A DNA stretch of 63,092 nt, filler included, from Octopus bimaculoides (GCF_001194135.2; 6 parts of 6 records of this genome joined end to end with filler, not necessarily neighbours in it), one strand, 5' to 3'; shown: positions 13,434 to 25,530, counted from the first letter of the whole stretch. The notes: a model not told the origin generated them from the sequence alone. Numbers and translations are program-made.

Positions 13434-13436
<3 letters not shown>

Positions 13437-13483
<47 letters not shown>

Positions 13484-13783
13484 GTAATTGTTATTATTAT
13501 TATTTTATGTTTGACTTTTGTTTTGCATTTGTACAAGTTGGATCCAAGTCTCACCCAGAGACCTCAAGAGACAACAAGTTAGAAGTTCATGTAGGTATTA
13601 TGCCTAGGGTACCATATATTTGAATTTGTACAGTTTTGTTCTAGTGAATGTTTAAGAAACCATAAGAGAATTATGTGTTTGTTTTAAAATTTGAGATCAC
13701 ATAGACAGTAGTTTACGTAGGATATGGGCAGTTCCCATGAGCACTATCTTTTGAACTTCAGCCATTTTGGGGTTTCCTGGTAT
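13437..13783 (-). mobile_element. R4/Dong-like RLE LINE 3' end with (AAT)n tail
   Basis: IPGNPKMAEVQKIVLMGTAHILRKLLSM*, then 3' UTR, then (AAT)n; near-identical to 23425-23725. Confidence 0.88.
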
Positions 13784-13883
13784 NNNNNNNNNNNNNNNNN
13801 NNNNNNNNNNNNNNNNNNNNNNNNNNNTTAATTAATTAANNNNNNNNNNNNNNNNNNNNNNNNNNNNNNNNNNNNNNNNNNNN

Positions 13884-14412
13884 ATGCCACAACTGATGCT
13901 TCTAATGTTCAGCTTTTCTCTCAAGATACTTACACTCTGACGGGTATTCACATTGACATTACACATCCAACGGAGCATGGGACTCATTGTCATCATCATC
14001 ATCGTTTAACATCTGCTTTCCATGCTAGCATGGGTTGGACGATTTGACTGAGGACTAGTGAACCAGATGGCTGCACCAGGCTCCAATCTGATTTGGCAGA
14101 GTTTCTACAACTGGATGCCCTTCCTAACACCAACCACTCTAAGAGTGTAGTGGGTGCTTTTACGTGCCACTGGCACGAGGGCCAGTCAGGCAGTACTGGC
14201 AACGGCCACACTCAAATAGTGTTTTTTATGTGCCACCTGCACAGGAGCCAGTCTATCGGCACAGGCAATGATCTCACTCAAATGTTTTTTCACGTACCAC
14301 CAGCACAAGTGCCAGTAAGGCAACACTGGTAACGTTACATGCTATCGGCATGGAAGCCAGTCAGCTGCTCTGGCAATGATCATGTTCAGATGGTGCTCTT
14401 AGCGCTCCACTA
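13884..14412 (-). mobile_element. RTE-clade LINE pieces: RT tail fragment plus 3' UTR with internal ~65-bp tandem repeat and (GAT)n tail
   Basis: MLRWMCNVNVNTRQSVSILREKLNIRSI at 13884-13985; GGATGCCCTTCCTAACACCAACC motif; about four tandem units at 14155-14412. Confidence 0.8.
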
Positions 14413-14923
14413 TTATATTGAATGTTATTGATAATATCAAATGGAAATAGGGAGTGCTGCAGTTCTGTAGTGCCAATATACGAGCTGCCACTGTTCAATG
14501 GAATGCACTGAACCAAGCATTTTTAATCAGAATGGTCACTGAGTTATTTCTGTTTGTTCATTCTTGGTTAAATTATGCAAATTATTTAAACCCTAAATGT
14601 GTTCTTGGTTTTTCTTTTTCTTTTTTTTTTTAGCTACTAGAAATAAGGTCAAACGATTGCCATACTGACGACAGTTATTAAACCAGAAACACGTGTCTAC
14701 AACAGTTCTCTTATCTCCAAACAATAAGCCCATCCTCAGGTAGGACTGGTCCCAATTATAATTTGGTAATCATGACTCGTCCTATTAGAGATGAAAATAA
14801 ATTTTAATAAATCTACAATTTATGTTGTATGGTATTTAACCCTCTTGGGACACCTGGACCAATTGACAGGCCCAAGTGATACTCGTATAAGTATCTGTGT
14901 GTACGTGTACGTGAATGTGTGTG

Positions 14924-14974
<51 letters not shown>

Positions 14975-15587
14975 CCACACATGAATATTGCCATCACAAA
15001 GCTTCACTTGAACAAAACAAGGATATGGTGTTTACATTCCTTGTTGATAGCATGACCAGCTGTTCTGCACTTTCAAGGACTTGTGGATTAAAAAACAAAA
15101 AGTCGTTTACTTCAAAAGCATTGAGAGTTAGCAACAGGAAGAGTGCCCAGCTATAAGAAAAAAACCTTGCCTCAAATACGTTCTTGTCCAATCCATGGTA
15201 GCATAGAAAAAACAACCATTAAACAAACAAATGATCAAATTAATACAGCACTGAGTAGAGTAGGTTTCAACCATTGTTTAGCAAATATCTGGAGTTTATC
15301 ATTATCTAAGATAGAATATAGACTTGATTCTGTATTATAAATTATAAATTATAACTGTGTATATAAGTGTAGCAGTGGGTTATTTCATGTACCATGTGAA
15401 GTAAGACAGCAAGCTGGCAGAGTTGTTAGCATGCTGGGTTAAATGCTTTGTAGCATCTTGTCCATCTTTGTTTTTTGAGTTCAAATTCTACAGAAGTTAG
15501 CTTTATCTTTCATCTTTTCAGGGTCGATAAAATAAGTACCACATTATTTACATTTGATGGATATTTGTCCTCATCTTGTTTGTTGTT

Positions 15588-15633
15588 AACACAACGTTTC
15601 AGTTGATATACCCTCCAGCCTTCATCAGGTGTC
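15588..15633 (-). ncRNA. minimal type I hammerhead ribozyme motif with partly decayed stem II
   Basis: GACAC-CTGATGA-A-GGCTG-GAGGGTATAT-CAACT-GAAA-C-G-TT-GTGTT; stem I GACAC/GTGTT, palindromic minimal stem III (ACGT). Confidence 0.62.
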
Positions 15634-15719
15634 TTGGGGAAATTTTGAACCTGGGTTCTCATTGCTAAGGTATTTTTCAATGCTATCATTATGATTATTA
15701 TTATTATTATTATTATTCA

Positions 15720-15792
15720 GGTCACTGCCTGAAATCAAACTTGGAACCTTGGGGTTAGTAGCCCGTGCTCTTAACCACTACGCCATATGCCC
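15720..15792 (-). promoter_or_regulatory. tRNA-derived Pol III internal promoter (A and B boxes); not a functional tRNA
   Basis: GGGCATA-TGGCGTAGTGG-TTAAGAGCACGGG-CTACTAA-CCCCAAGGTTCCAA-GTTTGATTTC-AGGCAGTGACC: A box, 7-nt anticodon-like loop, B box with one mismatch. Confidence 0.6.
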
Positions 15793-15994
15793 ATGGGCAA
15801 TTATGGAGTGAATTTTAGGGCTAATAAATCTAATATTCTCCTATCCTTCCTTAACACCGGTTCCCATGTGCTATTTTTATCTGCACTCGGCCTGCTTAGG
15901 AGGTTGTTGTGTCCTAGCATATGTGCTGCTTCTTTTAGCTTTCATATTTTCCATTGGTGTTCTCTGCCTATTATTTTAACAAGAATGTGTTTTG

Positions 15995-16330
15995 CAGCCA
16001 TTCTGGAGCACTGCCTTTAGTTGAGCAAATCAACCCCAGGACTTTTTTGCCGAACCGCTAAGTGACGGGGATGTAAACACACCAGCATCGCTTGTCAAGC
16101 GATGTTAGGGGGTGGGGAGACAAACACAGACACACAAACACATACACATATATATACATACACATATATATGACGAGCTTCTTTCAGTTTCCATCTACCA
16201 AATCCACTCACAAGGCTTTGGTTGGGCTGAGGCTTATAGTAGAAGACACTTGCCCAAGATGCCATGCAATGGGACTGAACCCGGAACCATGTGGTTGGTA
16301 AGCAAGGTACTTACCACACAGCCACTCCTG
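15995..16330 (-). mobile_element. SINE family A (tRNA head, CORE-like box, internal CA/TA microsatellite)
   Basis: Minus strand GGAGTGGCTGTGTGGTAAGTACCTTGCTTACCAACCACATGGTTCCGGGTTCAGTCCC...TTGGGCAAGTGTCTTCTACTATA. Confidence 0.9.
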
Positions 16331-16971
16331 TGCTTGGTCATTATTTTTTCATTTTTTTTTTCTTCTTTTTTGCCGAATAAACGCACACACTATATATTTG
16401 TTGTTCACTTCAGATTTATCATATTTTTTATTTTATTGTCCTTTGTCCGGAAACTTTTCATCATACATCCTGGAACCTCTTCAGCGACTCTCAGAATGGA
16501 CTAAACAGAACAAGATGGAACACATGGGATGAACAGTTGCTGAAGTCAGAGGATGTATGATGGAAAGTTTTCAGATAAGAACAATAACAAATCTGAAGTG
16601 AGAAATGAATATACAGTGTGAGTGTTTATTTGGAAAAAAAAAAAAAAAAAATGACCAGGCAGGAGTGACTGTGTGGTAAGTTGCTTGCTTCCCAACCACT
16701 TGATTTCCAGATCAGTCCCACTACATGGCACCTTGGGCAGTCAAAGCCTTGTGAATGGATTTGGTAGAAGGAAACTGAAAGAAGCCTGTCGTATATATNN
16801 NNNNNNNNNNNNNNNNNNNNNNNNNNNNNNNNNNNNNNNNNNNNNNNNNNNNNNNNNNNNNNNNNNNNNNNNNNNNNNNNNNNNNNNNNNNNNNNNNNNN
16901 NNNNNNNNNNNNNNNNNNNNNNNNNNNNNNNNNNNNNNNNNNNNNNNNNNNNNNNNNNNNNNNNNNNNNNN

Positions 16972-17006
<35 letters not shown>

Positions 17007-17011
17007 ATATC

Positions 17012-17830
17012 ATCATCATTTTCATCACCGTTTAACATCCGCTGTCCATGCTGGCATGGGTTGGATGGTTTGACTGGGGTCTGGCAAACCAGAAGGCTGT
17101 ACCAGGCTCCAATTTTATCTACAAATTGGATGCCCTTCCTAACACCAACCACTCCGAGAGTGTAGTGGATGCTTTTTATGTGCCACCGGCATGAGGGTCA
17201 GTTAGGCGGTAATGGCATCGACCACACTTGAATGGTGTTTTTTACGTGCCACCGGCACGAGGGCCAGTTAGGTGGTAATGGCATCGACCACACTTGAGTG
17301 GTGCTTTTTACGTGCCACTGGCATGGGAGCCAGTCAGCCGGCACTGGCATGGACCATGCTCAAATGCTGCTTTTCATGTGCCACCGGCATGAGAGCCAGT
17401 CAGGCAGCTCTAGCATTGATCACACTCCAATGGTGCTTTTAACGTTTCACTGGCATGGGTGCCAATCAGACGGTACTATCATCGGCCATGACATCGATTT
17501 CACTTGCCTCAACAGGTCATTGCAAGCACAATTTATTGCCTGATGATTGAAGGGTACTCTTAAATGGGCTGGTTACATGACACTGGCGTAGGTCATGGGC
17601 TATGGTCTCACTTGGCATGCCAGGTCTTCTCAAGCACAGCATATCTCTTACATATGCAACACATGACCATACCAGCGCAGTCATCTCTCTTGCACGCTAC
17701 ATCTGATGCTTCTTAAGTTCAACTTTTCTCTCAGGGTGCTTACACTCTGTCATGTATGCAGGCTGGCATTACACATTCAGTGGAGCATACTGGCTTTATT
17801 CCTTGCAAGCTTACATGTCCTCAGTAGTCA
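17012..17830 (-). mobile_element. RTE-clade LINE 3' portion with a five-unit ~66-bp VNTR in the 3' UTR
   Basis: NKASMLH*MCNASLHT*QSVSTLREKLNLRSIRCSVQER*LRWYGHVLHM at 17650-17800; tandem units start near 17171, 17237, 17302, 17368 and 17433; (GAT)n tail. Confidence 0.85.
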
Positions 17831-17894
17831 TGTCTGTGTGTCTGTGCGCTTGTCCCCCCACCATATATATATATATATATAAGTTCAAAAAAAC

Positions 17895-18065
17895 AATAAC
17901 AAAAAATCAACAAAGTGAGGACGTGATATGGATAGTATTATTGGACGCTCAGGAAAGGAAAGAGAGAGTGTATGACGTTTCGGGCGTAGCCCTTCGTCGG
18001 AAAGATGGAAAGTTCGGAGAATGGAAGAACGGAGAAAGAGGAAAATGGTACCGATGCCCACGAGG
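17895..18065 (-). mobile_element. LTR-like repeat (also at 47580-47670 and 62130-62300) carrying a hammerhead-like motif at 17965-18003
   Basis: Shared GAGGACGT.ATA...GACGCTC.GGAAAGGAAAGAG; minus strand CCGACGA-A-GGGC-TAC-GCCC-GAAAC-GTC. Confidence 0.7.
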
Positions 18066-19214
18066 TTACATTGTGAAAAATATATATATATATGTTTGTG
18101 TGTCTGTATTTGTCCCCTCCCCCACCATTGCTTGACAAATGTTGCTGCTGTGTCTATGTCCCCAATAACTTAGCAGCTTGGCAAAAGAGACTGATAGAAT
18201 AAGCACTAGGCTTACAAAGAATAAGTCCTGGGGTCGATTTACTCAACTAAAGGTAGTGCTCTAGTATGGTCACTGTCAAATGACTGAAACAAATAAAAAA
18301 AATTTTTTTAATCCTAAAATATAACAATATAGAATTTGATTATCTCTTCTGTAAATATCAAAAAATCAAAATCGGTAAAAATTAAGTTGCTTGGTAAGAG
18401 TGAAAACTAAATGCATAAAGGAGATGAATATTAAAGATTTGTGAAGAATTACCCGCAAGGCGTTTTTCTCCAAGAATAAAGGTAGCAAGCTTGCAGAACT
18501 GTTTATGTGCTGAATAAAGGTTTAGCAGTATTTCCTCTGATTTTACATTCTGTGTTCAAATTCTGCTGAGGTCGATTTTGCCTTTCATGCTTTTATGGGT
18601 CAATAAAATAAGTACCAGTAGCCATCCTACCCTCAAAATTTCAAGCCTTTTGCCTATGATAGAAAGATTTATTCACCAAGAATATTGTTTTGTTTTGTTT
18701 TCCCAAAATTCTTATCAGAAACGATCTGCTGTTCAACAACATGATGCAACAGATTATCTTTTATCTTTTACTATTAGTCTCTTTTGGCTGAACTGCTAAG
18801 TCATGGGGATGTAAACAAACCAACACCAGTTGCCAAGCGGTAATGGGATATAAACGCTAGTACAAACACAAGCACAAACACACATACACACACACACCTA
18901 TATATATATATAAAGAAAAAAACACAAATGGGTTAAGATTCATCACTGTTGTTTCATAGGCATTTTTTTATTGATGAATAAACAAATGACATCATAAAAA
19001 AGAACATTTTCTTCAGGTGAGTTAAAAACTTAAAATTTAATATTCAAAATTTGTTTCAGAAGAAATATGGAATGTGTGTTGACCCGCTCGTTTTGACAAC
19101 ATGTCAGAGAGTGTACATTGTACATTGATTTGTTTATGTGCATGTAGATGTAATTGTTTAGATATGTCTATATATGCATGCATCCTTCTTAATTTTAACT
19201 TTCATATATACATA

Positions 19215-19385
19215 TATATACAACAGGCTTCTTTCTGTTTCCATCTACCAAATCCACTCACAAGGCTTTGGTCGGCCTGAGGCAATAGTAGAAGACACTT
19301 GCCCAAGGTGCCATGCAGTGGGACTTAACCCGGAACCATGTGGTTGGTAAGCAACCCACTTACCACACAGCCACTCCTGCGCCTA
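19215..19385 (-). mobile_element. SINE family A, 5' half
   Basis: Reverse complement of the family A head and CORE-like box. Confidence 0.9.
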
Positions 19386-19418
19386 CAAAAAAATGGTGAT
19401 AAATTTCTTAAGTTAGGG

Positions 19419-19454
<36 letters not shown>

Positions 19455-19747
19455 NNNNNNNNNNNNNNNNNNNNNNNNNNNNNNNNNNNNNNNNNNNNNN
19501 NNNNNNNNNNNNNNNNNNNNNNNNNNNNNNNNNNNNNNNNNNNNNNNNNNNNNNNNNNNNNNNNNNNNNNNNNNNNNNNNNNNNNNNNNNNNNNNNNNNN
19601 NNNNNNNNNNNNNNNNNNNNNNNNNNNNNNNNNNNNNNNNNNNNNNNNNNNNNNNNNNNNNNNNNNNNNNNNNNNNNNNNNNNNNNNNNNNNNNNNNNNN
19701 NNNNNNNNNNNNNNNNNNNNNNNNNNNNNNNNNNNNNNNNNNNNNNG

Positions 19748-19832
19748 TGTCTTCTACTATAGCCTTAGGCCAACCAAAGCCTTGTGAGTGGATTTGGTAG
19801 ACGGAAACTGAAAGAAGCCTGTCGCATATATG

Positions 19833-19864
<32 letters not shown>

Positions 19865-20070
19865 CATTTGTGTGTCTGTGTTTGTTCCCACCAACATCAC
19901 TTGACAACCGATGGTGGTGTGTTTACGTCCGTGTAACTTAGCGGTTCAGCAAAAGAGACCGATAGAATAAGTACTAGGCTTACAAAGAATAAGTCCTGGG
20001 GTTGATTTGCTCGACTAAAGGCGGTGCTCCAGCATGGCCGCAGTCAAATGACAGAAACAAGTAAAAGAGT
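19748..20070 (+). mobile_element. SINE family A, near-consensus, 5' end lost in a gap
   Basis: GTGTCTTCTACTATAGCC...GGATTTGGTAGACGGAAACTGAAAGAAGCC...GCTCCAGCATGGCCGCAGTCAAATGACAGAAACAAGTAAAAGA. Confidence 0.92.
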
Positions 20071-20390
20071 ATACCTAGTCCCATTTGCAGGTTACAACCC
20101 CAAAATCATTCTATCCACCATCAGTGTACCTACATGCAACAAATGAGAACAACATGCCAAGGAGAACTCAATACATCCAGTGGAGTATCTTATTTTTTTA
20201 AGCACCAAGCACCCAAAGTAACACTGCCTGTACTGATTGGTGCAACACAACCAGATGTACAATATCTTACCCCTAAGGGACAGCTGCATGATGGGTCAAA
20301 ACGACTGCTATGCTGAATAAAGATTCAAACTAAATCCTTCTTCCATTTTCTTCATCAATTGTATCTATCTATCTATCTATCTATCTATCA

Positions 20391-20448
<58 letters not shown>

Positions 20449-20689
20449 TTGTGTGTGTGTGTGTGTGTATTATCTGAAATGTGTAGTATTAAATATCCAT
20501 CATGGCTGATCCTACCAATTGTTTTCACATAAAGAATGCAAAGGAGTGTTAGGTAACAATCCAATTATATAACTTTGCACTCATCAGAGTTAGCCGATAT
20601 GAAAGGGAATATGGCGACTGGTCTCTATTGTTGGGTTACGACCCCAAAATCCTTTGTATTTTTTAGGGTGAAACTGACTGGTAAGATAA

Positions 20690-20905
20690 GTCGTGTGTCG
20701 AAACGCCGGTGTTAAAACGTGGGTGGCTGATGAAGGAGAATGTTCTCTATGTGGCTCGTGTGTTCTCGTCTACGTTTGTTTGCAATGTCCTGTACCCAGA
20801 TATGCACCTATACATACAGGTGGATGTCGGTATGCACATACCTGTACGTATATATACATATACTCATTTACTATTTGTTTATATATATATATATATATAT
20901 ATATA
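20690..20905 (+). repeat. dispersed repeat, homologous to 62430-62640 (opposite strand)
   Basis: CTGATGAAGGA.AATGTTCTCTAT...GTCTACGTTT.GTTTGCAA.GTCCTGTACC...ATGCACCTATA.ATACAGGT.GATGT.GGTATGCACATAC. Confidence 0.8.
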
Positions 20906-21799
20906 TNNNNNNNNNNNNNNNNNNNNNNNNNNNNNNNNNNNNNNNNNNNNNNNNNNNNNNNNNNNNNNNNNNNNNNNNNNNNNNNNNNNNNNNNNNNNNN
21001 NNNNNNNNNNNNNNNNNNNNNNNNNNNNNNNNNNNNNNNNNNNNNNNNNNNNNNNNNNNNNNNNNNNNNNNNNNNNNNNNNNNNNNNNNNNNNNNNNNNN
21101 NNNNNNNNNNNNNNNNNNNNNNNNNNNNNNNNNNNNNNNNNNNNNNNNNNNNNNNNNNNNNNNNNNNNNNNNNNNNNNNNNNNNNNNNNNNNNNNNNNNN
21201 NNNNNNNNNNNNNNNNNNNNNNNNNNNNNNNNNNNNNNNNNNNNNNNNNNNNNNNNNNNNNNNNNNNNNNNNNNNNNNNNNNNNNNNNNNNNNNNNNNNN
21301 NNNNNNNNNNNNNNNNNNNNNNNNNNNNNNNNNNNNNNNNNNNNNNNNNNNNNNNNNNNNNNNNNNNNNNNNNNNNNNNNNNNNNNNNNNNNNNNNNNNN
21401 NNNNNNNNNNNNNNNNNNNNNNNNNNNNNNNNNNNNNNNNNNNNNNNNNNNNNNNNNNNNNNNNNNNNNNNNNNNNNNNNNNNNNNNNNNNNNNNNNNNN
21501 NNNNNNNNNNNNNNNNNNNNNNNNNNNNNNNNNNNNNNNNNNNNNNNNNNNNNNNNNNNNNNNNNNNNNNNNNNNNNNNNNNNNNNNNNNNNNNNNNNNN
21601 NNNNNNNNNNNNNNNNNNNNNNNNNNNNNNNNNNNNNNNNNNNNNNNNNNNNNNNNNNNNNNNNNNNNNNNNNNNNNNNNNNNNNNNNNNNNNNNNNNNN
21701 NNNNNNNNNNNNNNNNNNNNNNNNNNNNNNNNNNNNNNNNNNNNNNNNNNNNNNNNNNNNNNNNNNNNNNNNNNNNNNNNNNNNNTTACAAACATCGTA

Positions 21800-23320
21800 A
21801 AGATCTTGAAGACACTTGATTGCCTGTTCTGCATTCTGATTTGTTCTAGGAATTTCTAGTTTTGATGGTTTTCAACTCCAAAAGTTTTTTACAGAGTTCA
21901 ATGCCTTTTTATGAACTTGCAGGCTACCACATAACTTCTGATAATCATTTGGTCAGTAAACCAAAACTCTGCCCAGCTGTAAGAGATGAATCGACAAACA
22001 TTGAGAAGCAAAACTCCTTTCTCTGGTAGAAGAATAAACAACAAAAGAGCTAGTATTGCTCGAGAATTCCATCTTGCATTACTTAAGTTGGGTATTTTTT
22101 GAAACTTTACAATAGGAAATTTGTCGGTCTCTTCAAAGAAACGAAAAACTCTGGTCAAATGAAATAGAAATTTCATGTCATCTCACCATCCTGCTGATTC
22201 AGTAATCTTTTCTTCACCATTGTTGAAATTAGCCCGGAGTTTCTCATAATTACTTAGAAGCTCTGGGATGAATGTTTATTCAATATTGGGAGATGACTTT
22301 TTCCTCCAAGTTCGTTATCCATTACAACACAAAGAATTCTATCAAGGATTTAATGCTGACGACCAATAAATTGCAGTTCTTTCAAACCCTTTTGAGCAAA
22401 CAGTCTTTGCAAGTGAATGACAATGCCATTTCTTTTCCCAGTGTTCACACTCGTTGTATCAGCGACAATCATGTTTACACAATTCCATAAATTGTATTCA
22501 TCTAAAACAGCTGTTATTCCTTTCACAACAGTAACGGCTTTTCCATTTGGTAATTGGGATGCTTCTGGCTTAGCTTCTCTGTGTGTTCATTCTTTAAAAC
22601 TAGCACTTGGTATTCTTGGTCATCAATATGTTTACCATCACGATGCAATGACCGGTTTTCTAAATGTAATGTTTTCTTCATTTTCTTTTTTGGTTTAACA
22701 GCTTCTTTGATAGTCAATCTGTAAATACCAGATTGGGAAGGAGTCTCAACATTAATACGATCTTGAGATAATTGTCAACAAACTGTTGTTGCTTTTTGGG
22801 ATGATGGCTTGGAAGATATTACTAACTTAGTTGCAGTTCCAGTTTTGGTATACTTCTTCTTTGTTTGTGTGGATTTTTCATCTGATTTTTCGGATTCTTG
22901 ATATTCACTTTCAATCTCTGCTTCAGATGTTGACGATGACACTAGAGTTGCTCTAGTTGAAGTTGGCATAAAGAACACTTTTCTTCCTTTGGATGGATGG
23001 ATAGTTTTAGAATTGGCTGCCTTTCCAGTTGCATACCCAACATGTCCTTTGATTTCAACTTGAAGATAATATAACCTTTTATCTTCACTGCACAGCCATT
23101 CACTGTTTTCCTTTGTGATGTTAAAAATTCCTGTCAATGAATTGTATTTTCCTCATTTTACAAATTTATTGTAGGTATTCAGCACTTTTTCTACTTTTGC
23201 TTGTACATTATGAATTGATAAATATGGGAAGCTTAATCTCTTTTGCCATAAAAAGTTACTTCTTTCGAAATTTCCTTTGTTCTTTCTTTCCTTCCTTTGA
23301 TGGTACCTCCAAGGAACAGG
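21800..23320 (-). pseudogene. decayed hAT-superfamily (hATm-like) transposase, bounded by gaps
   Basis: Continuous remnant EDKRLYYLQ...TIHPSK...TPSQSGIY...SLHRDGKHIDDQEYQVLVLKNE...GKAVTV...ADTTSVNTGKRNG...FIGRQH*ILD...GW*DDMKFL...IPNLSNARWNSRAILALLLFILLPE. DGK, DTTxxNTG and CxHH-like motifs fit a DDE transposase. Confidence 0.75.
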
Positions 23321-23424
23321 TAGCNNNNNNNNNNNNNNNNNNNNNNNNNNNNNNNNNNNNNNNNNNNNTTAATTAATTAANNNNNNNNNNNNNNNNNNNN
23401 NNNNNNNNNNNNNNNNNNNNNNNN

Positions 23425-23807
23425 TTATTATTATTATTATTATTTTATGTTTGACTTTTGTTTTGCATTTGTACAAGTTGGATCCAATTCTCACCCAGAG
23501 ACCTCAAGAGACAACAAGTTAGAAGTTCATGTAGGTGTTATGCCTAGGGTACCATATATTTGGATTTGTACAGTTTTGTTCAAGTGAATGTTTAAGAAAC
23601 CATAAGAAAATTATGTGTTTGCTTTAAAATTTGAGATCACATAGACAGTATTTTACGTAGGATATGGGCAGTTCCCATGAGCACTATCTTTTGAACTTCA
23701 GCCATTTTGGGGTTTCCTGGTATCTGAGCTAGGTAGTAATCAGCCCGTTTCGCTGTCATTCCCAGGGCACCTATGACCAAAGGATTTTTTTTCGTCTTCA
23801 GATTCCA

Positions 23808-23810
<3 letters not shown>
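23425..23810 (-). mobile_element. R4/Dong-like RLE LINE 3' end with (AAT)n on both sides
   Basis: MWNLKTKKNPLVIGALGMTAKRADYYLAQIPGNPKMAEVQKIVLMGTAHILRKILSM*. Confidence 0.9.
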
Positions 23811-23852
<42 letters not shown>

Positions 23853-24169
23853 AGGCGGCGAGCTGGTAGCCTCGTTAGGACACTCTTTAAATTGCATAAC
23901 GATATTTCGATTGCTTTTTCGCTCCGAATTCAAAATCCACAGAGTTTCATTTTAACTTTTATCCTTTTGGGGTCGATAAAATAAATACAAGTCAATCACC
24001 GGGTTCAATATAATCCTCCAAAATTTCAGAGTATTATGTTCTAATTACGCCGCGGTAGACTTTGCCTTTTTTTGGAAACGATAAAATAAGCACTAGCTGT
24101 GCACTTAAATCAATGAAATCGACTATCTCCTCTCTCAAAACTTCAGGCCTTGTGCCATAGTAGAAAGAA

Positions 24170-24420
<251 letters not shown>

Positions 24421-24899
24421 TGGGAGAGTCTGATGTTTTGTCTCGCTTTCCAATTACCGTGGAATTTTGCCAAGTGAAATTACGTACAAAAATGTTTTTA
24501 ATGTTGAAACTTTACATAGAGATGTAGTAACTTAATTGTTTCCATTATTTCTACCAGCTTGGGGAAGGAAAGACTAATTTACGAAGAAAAATTTTCCTCT
24601 CTTTCATAAACTTACAAAACGGCAATGGTATCCGAAGAGGCACCCACAAATTTCAAAAGACAAAAGATTTTACAGACTGTAAACAGTTAAAAAAAGATTC
24701 AATAACTCGATAGACTATATTTATTTCTCTATGAGAAAAAAAAAAGAAAAGTTTTTGATGTAAAGATAACTTTCTAACAGTAAATAACATTATTCCTAAT
24801 AAATTGAATGAAACGAATCATCATAACAAGAACAGCAACAATAGTGGTGTTAACATGCGCGCCACACTTTTCTCCAAGCAATGAAATTAGCGGTAAGTT

Positions 24900-25530
24900 C
24901 GAATCTAGATTACAGAAAGGAATATCATCGTTATGCCTGGCTTTCCCAGAAACTGTTCTGCCGACTCTTGTCCAGTGCCCAAGTAATGCTGATTGGTGGG
25001 ATTTTGTCGAACACCTGCTGTTACGATTACTTGTAGGACGGATCCGGCTGTCGGCTAAGTCCATAGGTAAGATCGACTCGCCGCTTTCCGTTGACTAGGA
25101 AAAGAAGGCAGTGTTTCTTTGTCTGGTGGCCTTAGCGAAAAAGGGTGTAAGGTCGATTAAATTGAAAGGGCTGAACTTAGAAACTTACTTTTTGGGCGAA
25201 GCCCTCATTAAGTTTTTCAAGTTTCACTTGAAAAGGAATGTGAGGGTAGAAGGCGAAGTATTGTCTCCCAGCATTTATGTTACAAGGTGGGTGAATGTTG
25301 CAGGAATGGTCCGAGTAAACAAACTTACTTTAAGCATACACCTTTTGATTGAAGGAGTTCGATGTGGAAAAGGCTCTTGTTCCAGTGGTCAGGGACTGTT
25401 ATTTTGCGGGGTCTCCACAAGTACTTCTAAGAAGTCTCCCTCTTTTGGGGGATTTTTGAATTGCTGAAATTGATTTTGTTAACGTTTTTACGGTTTGTAT
25501 TTTCCTGACCCCTGTTCTATGATACAATAA
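24900..25530 (+). mobile_element. Tx1/L1-like LINE ORF2 C-terminus and 3' UTR
   Basis: Two in-frame ORFs separated by one TAG: ETVLPTLVQCPS (zinc-knuckle remnant)...FLCLVALAKK...FFKFHLKRNVRVE...RWVNVA. Confidence 0.7.

Larger units (their letters stand above)
15540..15990 (-). mobile_element. Penelope-like 3' end + tRNA-like segment + (AAT)n + hammerhead (pseudo-LTR-like module)
   Basis: Minus strand VKIIGREHQWKI*KLKEAAHMLGHNNLLSRPSADKNSTWEPVLRKDRRILDL, followed by the tRNA-like and hammerhead motifs listed separately. Confidence 0.85.

Noticed and set aside
15720-15792. tRNA gene (and likewise the SINE heads at 29793, 57104 and 7847)
   Set aside because: Acceptor and T stems are not properly paired and the sequences are embedded in repeats; they are tRNA-derived promoters only.
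14155-17490. Regularly spaced ~65-bp repeats as a possible CRISPR array
   Set aside because: The units are whole degenerate tandem copies with no unique spacers, there are no cas genes, and they sit in a eukaryotic LINE UTR.
24774-25064. Minus-strand 96-aa ORF
   Set aside because: Antisense shadow of the Tx1-like LINE on the plus strand.
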